Virus record (IMG/VR): IMGVR_UViG_3300014039_000013
Span: 64,001-128,000 of that record
DNA length: 64,000 bases
DNA from: a virus
Lineage: Duplodnaviria; Caudoviricetes
Reading direction: 5' to 3' (one strand)
Shown: one piece after another, positions 31,696 through 42,641 of the stretch
Position numbering within the stretch: position 1 is the stretch's first letter
Layout of the letters: each line of letters begins with the position of its first letter
Made by a program: the position numbers and the translations under genes
Notes under the pieces: generated by a model
The model's database searches: none
What the model was told of the DNA's origin: nothing
The model's input: only the letters and a program-made list of their open reading frames with translations

Positions 31696-32529
31696 TAAGT
31701 ATTAGAATTTTACAAAAAGAATTTCTTACTTCTTGTATAATTCCTTTATGATTTAAATCATTTGTATGTGTTCTAGTAATTTTAACTTTATCACCTACAT
31801 TCCAAAGTTTCCAATTTTTCATTTAATATAAAATTTTGATAAAATCCAATAAATAATTTTTCTATACCATAGTTCATTATCTAAGTCTACATCTTTTGTA
31901 TGTTTTCTAAATAAATGTAAATCGTATAAAAGATTATGAGCTTTCCATTCATTTATTAAACTTGACATAGAACGTTTATTTACTATATAATCATTTAATA
32001 AATAATCATATCTAATTTGCTAAATTAAACGTTCCATATCTTTAGTTTCTTTTACTTTATATGAATCATATATTGTAACACAATTCGGAGTTACATGATA
32101 TTTAATTTTCATTTAAATAATTTATGAAACCTTCAAGAATATCGGCTTCAGTTTGGTATAATGATTTAAGTTGTTCAGAAGTAAAATTATCTTTTAATTC
32201 TGAAATAGTTTTTATTTTTTCGGCGTCTCTTAAATCACATACTTTATTATCTTTTGTCAGTCCTATTATCATAATTTGAATATCTTGTTGGGCTTAATTT
32301 CTATAAATTAGTATAATCTTTCGATGTAGTAGTTTGTTTCTATAATTTTTGATATTGTTTTTCTTGTCAAAGACTCTAGTTTCTATCAATTTTTACATCT
32401 TTATAACCGTGTTTCTATAAAAATTTTTATTTATCTTTTATTTTCTATTTTTAGAGGTTAAAACAGATGACATTGGATTGGCACTACTATCAGCAGGTAA
32501 TAATGATAACCTCATCTAAGCTTTAGGAA

Positions 32530-33120
32530 TTATTTGCATAACTTAACAATAGTATTATAATGAATATCAACTATAGTTTGTTTACCTTTTTCTGAAAGAA
32601 GAAAGTCTACATCTTCTTTATTATCTTGAAAAAGATTTTCTGTAAGAACAGCAGGACATTTAGTGTCTCTACACATTGCTAAATTTTGTACCCAATAATG
32701 TTCTTTTGGAATTGATCTATTACCTTGTTGATTTAATTTTAAAGCTTCGTCATAAAGAGTTTTAGCAAGTAATTTAGAATTATTTGAAGCGTTTAATGAT
32801 ACAAATACAGACCATCCTTTAGCAGAATGCCATTTACCATCGCCACCAGCAGCATTACAATGTACTGATATTGAAATTGCATTTTTATTATTTTTTAGAT
32901 ATTCAGAATTTATTCTTCTACATCTTTCTTTTAAAGATATATCAGTAGCTTCTGGTGTAACTATAAATACTTTGTATCCATTATCTATCAATTTCTTAGA
33001 TAATAACTATACTATTTCTCTAGCATAACTATATTCTTTAAGTTTTTTATCAGGAGAACACTTTCCAGGAGTATTTACTCCATGTCCATTATCAAGACAG
33101 ATTAAAGTTTGTTTATTCAT
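32530..33120 (-). CDS. N-acetylmuramoyl-L-alanine amidase (Amidase_3) endolysin; one in-frame TAG (33007-33009); 196 aa
   Basis: LDNGHGVNTPGKCSPD..LKEYSYAREIV*LL...SVHCNA...AVLTENLF. The Zn ligands H and E lie upstream of the TAG. Confidence 0.9.
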
Positions 33121-33479
33121 AGTAGTATTAGATAAATATTAATTAATAAAACAAATGTATTATATCTGATATTTTGCTTAAAAATAAAAATAGAGCGTTT
33201 GTATTTTTTACTCTCTATTATACAAACGCTCTAAATGTTAAATATCGATATTCCTTTACTGCTATAGGTCACAGTACTACCACTAATAATTTCTTATTGA
33301 ATATCAGCTAAAAAGTCACATGGTTTGTAGATATCCATTAACTAGAGTAAAAATTATGATTCTTTTTGTTTCTTTTTTGTTTTTTGTTTAGTTGGTTGAT
33401 AAGAATCTTCATCATACCAACTTAAATCATTAATATCAACTTTCATAATTTAATTTATAAAATTAATAAACAATATTTG

Positions 33480-33552
33480 TCTAAGTGACAGGACTCGAAC
33501 CTGCACTATCTTGCTCCCAAAGCAAGGCTCTTACCGATTAGAGTACACTTAG
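33480..33552 (-). tRNA. tRNA-Pro(TGG)
   Basis: Cloverleaf; CTTGC-TTTGGGA-GCAAG; GGTTCGAGTCC. Confidence 0.85.
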
Positions 33553-33553
33553 A

Positions 33554-33814
33554 TTATTTATCTTGATTATTTTCATATCTTTCTGACCAAGCTTTGGTAA
33601 TACCAGCTGAAGTAAATATTGCTGCTACTGCTGCAATATAAGCTGCAATACCATCTAAATTAGTAGCAATAGTATGATTGTAAATTACTTCAACAATTAA
33701 TATAATTGCAGGTATAATAAGTAAAATACAACCTATAATAGTTACTATTACTAAAAAGAAGTTTTTTGAGCTAACTCCTGTATTATTTTTAATTAATTTT
33801 CCTATATAACACAT
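33554..33814 (-). CDS. Two-TM membrane protein, holin candidate
   Basis: Two hydrophobic helices and a charged C-terminus; upstream of the amidase. Confidence 0.5.
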   Translation of the reverse strand: MCYIGKLIKNNTGVSSKNFFLVIVTIIGCILLIIPAIILIVEVIYNHTIATNLDGIAAYIAAVAAIFTSAGITKAWSERYENNQDK

Positions 33815-33816
33815 AG

Positions 33817-33889
33817 TGATTTATTTGGGACTCGAACCCAAGACTCTCACATTAAAAGTGTGATACTCTACCAACTGAGTTAATAAATC
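33817..33889 (-). tRNA. tRNA-Lys(TTT)
   Basis: Cloverleaf; TCACA-CTTTTAA-TGTGA. Confidence 0.85.
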
Positions 33890-33979
33890 AAAGGAGTTTA
33901 TCTACTCAGATTATAACTGAGATAGATATTTTAGAAGATTATTATTCTATTTGCTAGATTATAGAAAATTAAAATATTG

Positions 33980-34051
33980 TTGGGACACCAAGAATTGAAC
34001 TTGGATTACCTGGACCAAAATCAGGTGTAATAACCGTTATACTATGTCCCA
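33980..34051 (-). tRNA. tRNA-Gln(TTG)
   Basis: TGGGACA/TGTCCCA acceptor stem; loop TTTTGGT. Confidence 0.85.
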
Positions 34052-34092
34052 ATAACTAGTTTAAAAGATTAAATTTATATAACTTACTATTG

Positions 34093-34178
34093 TAGCTTCA
34101 GTGGGACTCGAACCCACAAGAACATTTCTGTTCAGGGGATTTTAAGTCCCCCGAGTTTACCTATTTCTCCATGAAGCC
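34093..34178 (-). tRNA. tRNA-Leu(TAA)
   Basis: GGGGA-CTTAAAA-TCCCC; long variable arm. Confidence 0.88.
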
Positions 34179-35418
34179 AATTTTATTAGATCATATATTA
34201 TAAATATATGAAAAATATTTTAAAATTACAAATTACTATATAATTCATCTAAAAATTCATAATAATCATCTAAAAAATCATCTTTTTCTTTTGTATTTAA
34301 ACTATTAAATTCTTCTATAATCATATTTTATATTTTATTAAAACTTAAAACCTGTAAGTTTACAGGTTTTAAGTTTATTGTGGATAATATATTCTAAATA
34401 TCAAAAATATAATATAGCATTATCTTCTTTAATTAAAGAGCATATTCCATATTCTTCAATTAATTTTTTAGAAGATACCATTAATGCCATATTTAATAAT
34501 TGAGGATTAGAAATTATTAAATTTAATAATGCATTTAATTTATCTTTATATTTAGTAGTTTTAATATACTTTGAAATTATTTCTAAAGCAAATTCTTGTG
34601 AACATTTATTAGTATTCAGAAAATTGATTAAATCTTTTTTGTTTATCATATAATATATTTACATATTCATATTGTTCTTTAATTTTTCTTTTTAAAAAAG
34701 ACATAGTATTTTCTATTATAAAAAATAATCTAATTTTATTAATATTATTTATTTCGCTTTTAATATTTCTTTTTAATAAATTAAAATAATTAGAATTATT
34801 ATATAATTTTTTATATAATTGTAATTCACAATCAGCTCGAAGTAATTCTTTATTACATGATTTAAGATCATAATAATATAATTCTAAAACTGTTGTTTTT
34901 CCAATTACATTTCCAAACAATTTTGGAGTATATGTATATTGTGCAACTACATGATTATCGTTAGTAATCATAATTTTATAATCCATTGAAAACTTAATTC
35001 TCTCCATATTTATTTCTAATTAATTTATGAATATAATTTTCTTGATGTTTAATCATTGCATCAGCAAATTGAATTGTATTAAGATATATAGGCAACACTT
35101 TTAAATAATATGTCATATCAATAAAATCCAAATTAGAATTTATATTATTAGATATACAATTAATAGCATATTTCTTTAATTCATAATATGTATTATATTC
35201 TGCTTTTGCTCTAGCAAGTTTTTCTCCAAATTTAGAATCAAATTCAAGATCGCTATTAATAGCTATACCTTGGGACACAATATGCTTTAATGGTTTGTTT
35301 TTAGTTCTAAAGTTTATTGAAATCTTACACAATATTCCGCCAGCACTTTGATCACAAATATAATCAATTTTATTTACTGTAGCAACAATTCTTTCGTTTC
35401 TATTAATCTTTTTCATAA

Positions 35419-35709
35419 TTATTTTTGCCATAAAAAATTATTATAAATATTAATTAATTTAGTAATTTGATTTTTGAAAATACCAGTATAATAATACTTA
35501 ACATAATAATTTTTTGTTATTACCCCTAATATTGTACATATACCTGCACAAATATTAATATATGGTAATATTAGCATTACTATAAATGGTATAAGATGAT
35601 AAATAGTTATATTGTGAATTTTATTATTTCCGTCTTTAAAATATAAATGTTCAGCTATATATAATGCTATTAAAAATAATATTAAAGCAAACAAATAGGT
35701 ATAAATCAT
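35419..35709 (-). CDS. Membrane protein, paralog of 42642-42968
   Basis: Both contain IALY.AEHLY..P.IN..AGI..YNNFLW. Confidence 0.7.
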   Translation of the reverse strand: MIYTYLFALILFLIALYIAEHLYFKDGNNKIHNITIYHLIPFIVMLILPYINICAGICTILGVITKNYYVKYYYTGIFKNQITKLINIYNNFLWQK

Positions 35710-36437
35710 AATATTAATTATTTGAACTTATATAAATTGTAGCAATAATAAAAAATATTATTGTTAACCACCCAGCAAATGTAGTAAATAATGCCATAAA
35801 TATACAATAAATAACATGTATTAATGCTGGTATTCCAAAGAAAATTAATAGAATAAATAGAAATATAAAAAATATAGCAAAAACTATTTTATCCATAATT
35901 AAATTTCTTTAAAGATTGCATAACCATTATTCTTTAATAATTTAATTGCTTCTTGTATTGGATCTTTTTTAATTTTATATTTATTATTGTTATTTTTAAT
36001 TATTTGTTGATAATTTAAAACAATTTGTTTAATTTTTTCCCAATATACAGATTTATTTTTAAATTCATAAGTGTTCTTATGTACTCTTAAAATAATTTTG
36101 TATTCTATAAATAATTTAAAAAATAAATCTGTAGAAGGAAATTCTGATAATTTTAACAAATTAAGAATTTTATCTTTAGAAAACAACTCGTTTTCTTGCT
36201 GAAAAATATAAAGTTGTGATGTAAGATTTTTATATTCCAACTCAGAATAATTAAGTCTTCTCATAATCTAATTACTTTTTTAATATTTTGATTAAAAAGT
36301 ACAAAAAAGGAAATGTTATCATAATCCAAGAATTTATCGCCATTTGGCACATATAATTTTTCGCCAGATTCAGAATATAATAACATTCCTTTTTTCTTAC
36401 CTTTAAATACTTGAATGCCTGATTCAGACATATTAAT

Positions 36438-37667
36438 TTAAATATTTAAATCATTAAACATTCTATCTTCCATCCAAACTTCTGCACCAATATAATCTCC
36501 ATTACTATGTTGATTAAGAGTTAAACAATAAAGCTTTTCTATACCTACACATAATTCATTTCTTAATCCTTCTGGATAACATTTATTTATAATATTAGAT
36601 AATGTTATTTCTTCATTTTCTGAATAATACTTTTCAGAATATTCTAATATTGCATTAAATATATATAGCCAAAGAAGAATCTTTTTAAAATTATATGTAG
36701 GTCTTAGAAATCTAAATTCAATAGTTTTATTAACATTATAACATAAAGCATTAATAAAGTTAACAAAATAATATCGAGTAATTACATTCCACTTTCTTTT
36801 ACGTTCTATATCGTTAGGATGAGCTTGTGTAAAATCACCATAAAAAGGTCTTCCTACTAACTGCTGATACATTTTATCAAAGCTAGTATAAAATGGAAGT
36901 TTTTTACAATAATCTTTTTTATTATTTTTATATTCCGAACTATAAAACGTAAGACTTGGAAGAATTCTTGTTAATTCACTTTGCAGTATATAACAAGTTT
37001 TATAAAGATTATAGATTTTATCTGATTTTAATGGGTAACCTCCTAAATGAACATGTAAAGAACATTCTTTATTAAAATCAGTATATTCTTTAAGAGTTCC
37101 TAATTGTTGATAAAGAAGAGCTATTCCATTATTACCCTCTAATACTACAGTTGAATATTCTGGAGCTGATATAGATCCATCTCGAAGAGGAATCAATCCA
37201 TCTTGGAAACATATATCTTCAGGAACATAACCTTGTGAAGTTTCAAATTCTAAACCAAATGTATATTTTAGATAATTCGATAACTTATAATGAGTTGTAT
37301 TATTTTTAATAATTTGTTTGTTTTTAAATATATTAAAATTTTCTATAGCTTCATAATGTTTTTCTATTACATAAGGAAATTCTTCTTGTCCCTTAATAAG
37401 TTGTTCTCTTCTACAACTTAATGGAGTCATACAACAAGGTGGAAAATACATTCCTCTACATTTACTGAAAACTAATTTCTCTTTAAATATTTTAGGATTA
37501 GTTAAAAATGTTTTTACACAATCGTCAATAATAATAAACATTTTAACTAGTCCTTCAAAGGAATTAGTATATCCATAAATAACTTGTCCAAAGATATAAT
37601 CTACAACAATTTTTACAGATCCTCTTTGAGGTATCCAATATTTATTTACTTCATCAAAGACTTGCAT
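36438..37667 (-). CDS. Putative amidoligase (COOH-NH2 ligase fold)
   Basis: TFGLEFET, RDGSI, EY, CSLHVHL, RY..VN, TIEFR. Confidence 0.85.
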   Translation of the reverse strand: MQVFDEVNKYWIPQRGSVKIVVDYIFGQVIYGYTNSFEGLVKMFIIIDDCVKTFLTNPKIFKEKLVFSKCRGMYFPPCCMTPLSCRREQLIKGQEEFPYVIEKHYEAIENFNIFKNKQIIKNNTTHYKLSNYLKYTFGLEFETSQGYVPEDICFQDGLIPLRDGSISAPEYSTVVLEGNNGIALLYQQLGTLKEYTDFNKECSLHVHLGGYPLKSDKIYNLYKTCYILQSELTRILPSLTFYSSEYKNNKKDYCKKLPFYTSFDKMYQQLVGRPFYGDFTQAHPNDIERKRKWNVITRYYFVNFINALCYNVNKTIEFRFLRPTYNFKKILLWLYIFNAILEYSEKYYSENEEITLSNIINKCYPEGLRNELCVGIEKLYCLTLNQHSNGDYIGAEVWMEDRMFNDLNI

Positions 37668-38971
37668 TTTTCTTTAATTTCTTTAAATGTTTCATCTAAA
37701 GTATCATTCAATATTTCAAATGCTTGTCTACAACTTCTTCCATATTTAGTAATAGTTTTAAATCCATTAATAAATTCAATAGAAGTTGTTGCAGTTAGCA
37801 TTTTAAGAGTTCCTGTAAACGGCTCTTTTTCAGTTGGAGACAAAGCTTTAAACCACTGTTCTCCTTCTGAGAAAACTTGATCACAACTTAAATATCTTAT
37901 AAGAAGTTTAAATTTAGAATTAAATATATCATTTGTTAATCCTGTTTGCTTTTTTAGAGCATACAAAAATTTAAAACATGAAGAATTTCTAAGAGCAATC
38001 CCATTCCAAAAATATATTTCTTTACAGTCAGAAGTTTTACAAGGTTTATCAACTATTCTTCCAAATTCTGTAATAATATATTTACCAGATAAAAGACTAC
38101 CTTTACCAGAATAAGTATTATTTAATTGATTAAGTAATATATAATCATCATAAACAAAATTATTATAATTAAAATCATCATAAAAATATTTACTATATGA
38201 TGCTATAGGCCTTTCTTTATGTTGATATACATCGTCTCTAGGAAATTCTTTTATAGGAACTATGTCTTTTCCATCAAATTTAAGTAAAATATTAGAATTT
38301 ATGTCCCATGTTATTAATCCAGGTCTAAGAGCCATTAAATATGAACATATAGACGAAAATACTAATTCTTCTTTATCAACATCTATACAAAAATACAAAG
38401 GACGTTCTTCAGTTTTATCTTTACTATATTTATCTTTCTTAGATGCCCCCTTAAAAAGAAGAATTTCTGGAGTTTTCTTTCTATAATCAGCTATAGCGAA
38501 TACAGCTCCTCCATTATATTCATTTAACGAATCATATCCTGTATAATAGAATATTCTAGCCATAACTTGGGAATCAGTCATTCCTTTAATATTTATTTCA
38601 GGAATATATTTTTTGGCTAATTCTTCATAATTATGAATAGTTCCATTATGCATTAGCACATATTCTATTTTACCTTGTTTATTAGTAATTACAACAGGTT
38701 GAGCAGTAGTTTCATCAATTTTCCCAACAGATGCCTTTCTACAATGCCCAAAAGCTATAGTACTTTCAAAACACGTTTTTAGAAATTCATTTTCTGGAAA
38801 GAAACATTGAAACCATTTTTTATCACCTTTTGATCCATACTCGTAGTGACCATCTATGAAATAGCCACAAGAGTCACCGCCTCTACTATCATTGGCAATT
38901 CCTAAAGTACAAAAGGTTGTAAAATCGAATCTTCTGGGCTTTGTATTAACTATGCCCCAAATACCACACAT
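37646..38971 (-). CDS. Class II glutamine amidotransferase (Ntn)
   Basis: MCGIWG, RGGDSCG, GHCRKASVG, HNGTI.N, TDS. Confidence 0.88.
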   Translation of the reverse strand: MCGIWGIVNTKPRRFDFTTFCTLGIANDSRGGDSCGYFIDGHYEYGSKGDKKWFQCFFPENEFLKTCFESTIAFGHCRKASVGKIDETTAQPVVITNKQGKIEYVLMHNGTIHNYEELAKKYIPEINIKGMTDSQVMARIFYYTGYDSLNEYNGGAVFAIADYRKKTPEILLFKGASKKDKYSKDKTEERPLYFCIDVDKEELVFSSICSYLMALRPGLITWDINSNILLKFDGKDIVPIKEFPRDDVYQHKERPIASYSKYFYDDFNYNNFVYDDYILLNQLNNTYSGKGSLLSGKYIITEFGRIVDKPCKTSDCKEIYFWNGIALRNSSCFKFLYALKKQTGLTNDIFNSKFKLLIRYLSCDQVFSEGEQWFKALSPTEKEPFTGTLKMLTATTSIEFINGFKTITKYGRSCRQAFEILNDTLDETFKEIKEKCKSLMK

Positions 38972-38972
38972 C

Positions 38973-39764
38973 TTAAACTAAATTATAATTTTTAATTAAT
39001 TGCTTTGCTAAATCAGAATCACTATTATTAATAGCTGCTTGAATTTCTTCATTATTAGGTATGAGTTCTCCAGTTTTATAAGCGTTAACAGCTTTTATAA
39101 TTTGATCCCAAACAAATTCAAGTCTTGCTTCTGTTTTCATCATAGCAGAACTTAATGTTCTGTATTCAAATCCATAATTCTTTAATCTAAAGCAACCTGC
39201 TTTACCATAAAGAGTACGTCTTTTAGTATCTTTATCTTTTATGACAGATGGAATACCTAAATATGCATCAAAATACTTTATTAAAGATAATGAAGTATCT
39301 ATATTAGGATTTTTATATCCAAAATGAATGTGAAATCCACAACTTCTGATATTAGTTTTAGTTCCTTCTGGTTTTGGATTAGCTTTTTGAGTATAAACAT
39401 TATAATCCTTATCGCAACCAAACTGTTTAGCTTGATCAGATTGCAATTCTGACTCTGGGATTATATTTGAAGCAGCACATTTAATACCTAAATCAGGATT
39501 AATATTTCTTACATAGTTATCAATATAATTTTTCATATATTGAATAGCATCAACAAATTCTTCTTTTGTTGTTACTGGAGGAATATTAAATTCTGCAAGA
39601 ATATTATCTGTTTGCAAACCAAATCCCTTAGCAAAATCTTCAGCTCTCCAAGGATTATCTTTAGATCCTGGAATTAAACCAACAGCTGAAACTATTTTAT
39701 TAGTTTTCTTATTAATAATAAATAATTCTGGATCTGCACCAATAGTAATATTACTTAATCTCAT
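38973..39764 (-). CDS. phiEco32-like COOH-NH2 ligase type 2
   Basis: IGADPELF, DN.LAEFNIPP, FGCD.D.N, GFHIHFG, RR.LYGKAG.FR, EYRTLS. Confidence 0.88.
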   Translation of the reverse strand: MRLSNITIGADPELFIINKKTNKIVSAVGLIPGSKDNPWRAEDFAKGFGLQTDNILAEFNIPPVTTKEEFVDAIQYMKNYIDNYVRNINPDLGIKCAASNIIPESELQSDQAKQFGCDKDYNVYTQKANPKPEGTKTNIRSCGFHIHFGYKNPNIDTSLSLIKYFDAYLGIPSVIKDKDTKRRTLYGKAGCFRLKNYGFEYRTLSSAMMKTEARLEFVWDQIIKAVNAYKTGELIPNNEEIQAAINNSDSDLAKQLIKNYNLV

Positions 39765-40380
39765 TTACTAAATCTTTAATAAGGTTATTAATCATTTCAG
39801 CAACAGGGGAATCAGGAATCATTTCTGGATGTCCTTGTACAGCTAAACATTTAGGTAATTCTTCTCTGTGATAAAGAACAATTTCAGGTTCTCTATAGGC
39901 GATAGTATCAGGATTTATTTTATCTCCTTCATAATAGTCACTACGTATACCGTAAGAAGTATATAATATATCATAATCTTTATCATTTAAGTCAAATGGA
40001 TATTGCATTTGATGATGAGTAGAAGTTATTTGATATACTTTATCTCCATTACTTATAGCATGTGTATAGCCTATTGCGTGATTAGACACATTTTGAACAA
40101 GTTTACCACCATTCATTACACATAACCATTGACTTCCTCTGCAAGATCCATAACAAACCTGCTTTTTGGGATCAATTTTATCGAAGATATCTTTTTCTTC
40201 TTGATCTCGGCTAAGGCAATTAAAAGTTGTTCTATGTTTTTTACAACCATAAAAAGAAGGAGTGACATCTTCTCCACCTGTAAACACAACTAATTGTGCA
40301 TCTTGAAGACGATTAACTATCTCTACATCTTTAATGAAGTTTACATAATTTGTATCTCCGCCTACAACATATACTTTCAT
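39751..40380 (-). CDS. Class I glutamine amidotransferase (peptidase C26/PuuD-like)
   Basis: GGEDVTP, CRGSQ, HHQ, VQGHPE. Confidence 0.85.
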   Translation of the reverse strand: MKVYVVGGDTNYVNFIKDVEIVNRLQDAQLVVFTGGEDVTPSFYGCKKHRTTFNCLSRDQEEKDIFDKIDPKKQVCYGSCRGSQWLCVMNGGKLVQNVSNHAIGYTHAISNGDKVYQITSTHHQMQYPFDLNDKDYDILYTSYGIRSDYYEGDKINPDTIAYREPEIVLYHREELPKCLAVQGHPEMIPDSPVAEMINNLIKDLVNEIK

Positions 40381-41165
40381 TTCTTTAATTCTTTATATAC
40401 ATTTAAATAAACAGGTTTTCTATACTTATCATAAATATCCTGACTTTCCCAATATTCTATATCTGTTTGTTGTAATTCATCAATAGTATCAGGAATATAA
40501 TCTATGCTATTATTTTTAAGATATTTATAAAGTTCATTAAGTTTAGTAATTTGGGTTAACTTATTTTTTAATTCTTTAGTTTTTAAAGATTGGGGAATTG
40601 ATGAAACTTTAGGTACTTGATGAATAGAACGTAAATCTTCGTAATCACAACAACTTAAAACAAGATTAAATAAATTAGCAATAGATGTAAATTTAAATTG
40701 TTTTTCTTGTTTTAGTCTATAAGTATCAACTAATAGAACATTATAAGGATATTCATAAGTATATCTTAGCCAAGTAAGTAAATATTTATGAAATGTTCCT
40801 GGAACATCATTTAATTGTAAATTAACTTCAAAAACACTCCAATTACCATTTTCATTATAATATTCATTATTTTCTTCTATTTTAAAAGTAAAAGGATAAA
40901 TACGTTGAGCTTGACGAAGATGGTTTTCTAGTTGGTTTTTAGTTAATAAACAATAATTAGACTCATGATAGTCGTGAATTAATGTAATATCTTTATAAAG
41001 AATTATACGATAATTAATACTAATTTTAGCTTGATTAACATGATTAAAAATATATCCAAAACAAGCACAATTTAACATTTCTTGATTTAATTTACCATTA
41101 CATGAATACTCTGTATGATAATCTAAATAACAAAAATCTTGCATAACAAAAAAAAAGGAGAGCAA
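40377..41165 (-). CDS. Hypothetical protein heading the amidoligase operon
   Basis: ORF of about 260 aa, coupled to the GATase; start uncertain. Confidence 0.65.
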   Translation of the reverse strand: MLSFFFVMQDFCYLDYHTEYSCNGKLNQEMLNCACFGYIFNHVNQAKISINYRIILYKDITLIHDYHESNYCLLTKNQLENHLRQAQRIYPFTFKIEENNEYYNENGNWSVFEVNLQLNDVPGTFHKYLLTWLRYTYEYPYNVLLVDTYRLKQEKQFKFTSIANLFNLVLSCCDYEDLRSIHQVPKVSSIPQSLKTKELKNKLTQITKLNELYKYLKNNSIDYIPDTIDELQQTDIEYWESQDIYDKYRKPVYLNVYKELKK

Positions 41166-41814
41166 TATGCTCTCCTTTATTTAATTAAAATGTAATTTGT
41201 TCAATTTTCACTGGTGTTGTAATGCTAGAGAATTTTGCAAATGGGAATGCATCTTCACGGAAAGAAGTTTCAATTACCCAAAGTTCATTCCCTTTAGTTG
41301 TTGTAATACATGTTCCTTCTTTAGCATTAAAAAGAGGACTATTTTCATTAACGAGGCAACGATAATAGCAATTGTTGTCTTCTGCCCAAATAACTACTTG
41401 GGGAAATGAATAAACTTCAACAGGATTCTTTGTGTACAAAATAGTCTTAATCATTTGTATAAATTTTAAAAAGTTAATAAATATAAAAATAGTCGATATA
41501 AATATCGACTATAAATTCATAATATATTATTTTAATCAGCTTTATAAATTAATAAGATAAATTTTTATTTTTTAATTAATTTATATGCAACTTTAATAAA
41601 TTCATTAATTTGGTTATCATCATAAAAACAATCTATGTTATAATCGAATTGAACTTTCCTAGCTACATGATATGTAAAGTTTATATAATTGAATACTTTC
41701 TGACCTTTTCTCCATCTATCTGGAAGAGATTTAATATTATTAAATATCTCTTTTTTAAATTCTTCTAAAGTCATATATTACTTATTTTTATTTAATTATT
41801 TTAATTTAACATTT

Positions 41815-41860
41815 AGTTGATGTATAAAGAATCGAACTTTATTTATGACCATCACATCAA
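41815..41860 (-). other. tRNA-like minihelix (acceptor stem plus T-arm only)
   Basis: TTGATGT/ACATCAA stem and ATAAAG-TTCGATT-CTTTAT arm; no D or anticodon arm. Confidence 0.5.
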
Positions 41861-42314
41861 AGATATTCTCAATTTGAGAATATCCATAAAATTAATCTTA
41901 CTTTCTAATAGGAATCATACAACTAGGTGTTAATAATGTAGATTCGCTAATACGTTTAAAACATTTTTTAATTGTTCTTTTAATTATTCGCATAATTATT
42001 TTAATTAATTAGTTAATAATTGTTTATCTTCTTTAGGTATCCGTATTTATATAATTCTGAATACTTTTTAAAATACCATTTAATTGATCTTTTTACTAAT
42101 TTAATCATAATAAATAATTTTAATTAATATTACCAATTTATCTATATAATATTAAAAGTATTGTGTTTGCTGAAAACTAATAAAAGCCACTAGTTTAAGG
42201 ATAACATAGAAACCTGAGAATAAAAATAAGCTACAAAAACTCAACTCGAGAAACATCACTTATGTGTTTTTTAACCTTTTATTGTCTAGACTTCTTATAA
42301 AAGGAATTATTTAG

Positions 42315-42388
42315 TGGACCAGTCAGGATTTGAACCCGAAACCTTAACATTATGAGTGTTCTGCTCTAACCACTTGAGCTACAAGTCC
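42315..42388 (-). tRNA. tRNA with CAT anticodon (Ile2-like or Met)
   Basis: TAGCTCAAGTGGTTAGAGC D-arm; loop CTCATAA. Confidence 0.8.
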
Positions 42389-42445
42389 TAATAAGCACAC
42401 TGAAAAGTGTGCGTGCTCTAGTATATTCCACCTAGAGGGGTTAAA

Positions 42446-42604
42446 TTAATTTGCACATATGGTAGTATCAATTACTACACTGTCAACTGAATCAGAGTCT
42501 ACTTGAACAGAATCTGTAGAAACTTTATCAGACTTTACAGAATGACCACATGAAGTAAATATTGTTCCTATCATAAGTACAAATACAAAAACTAACTTTT
42601 TCAT
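42446..42604 (-). CDS. Small lipoprotein (52 aa) with Asp-Ser/Thr-rich tail
   Basis: MKKLVFVFVLMIGTIFTS-CGHSVKSDKVSTDSVQVDSDSVDSVVIDTT; below the ORF-track length cutoff. Confidence 0.7.
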   Translation of the reverse strand: MKKLVFVFVLMIGTIFTSCGHSVKSDKVSTDSVQVDSDSVDSVVIDTTICAN

Positions 42605-42641
42605 TTGAATAAAATTTAGTTAAACATATAAATTATCTACG

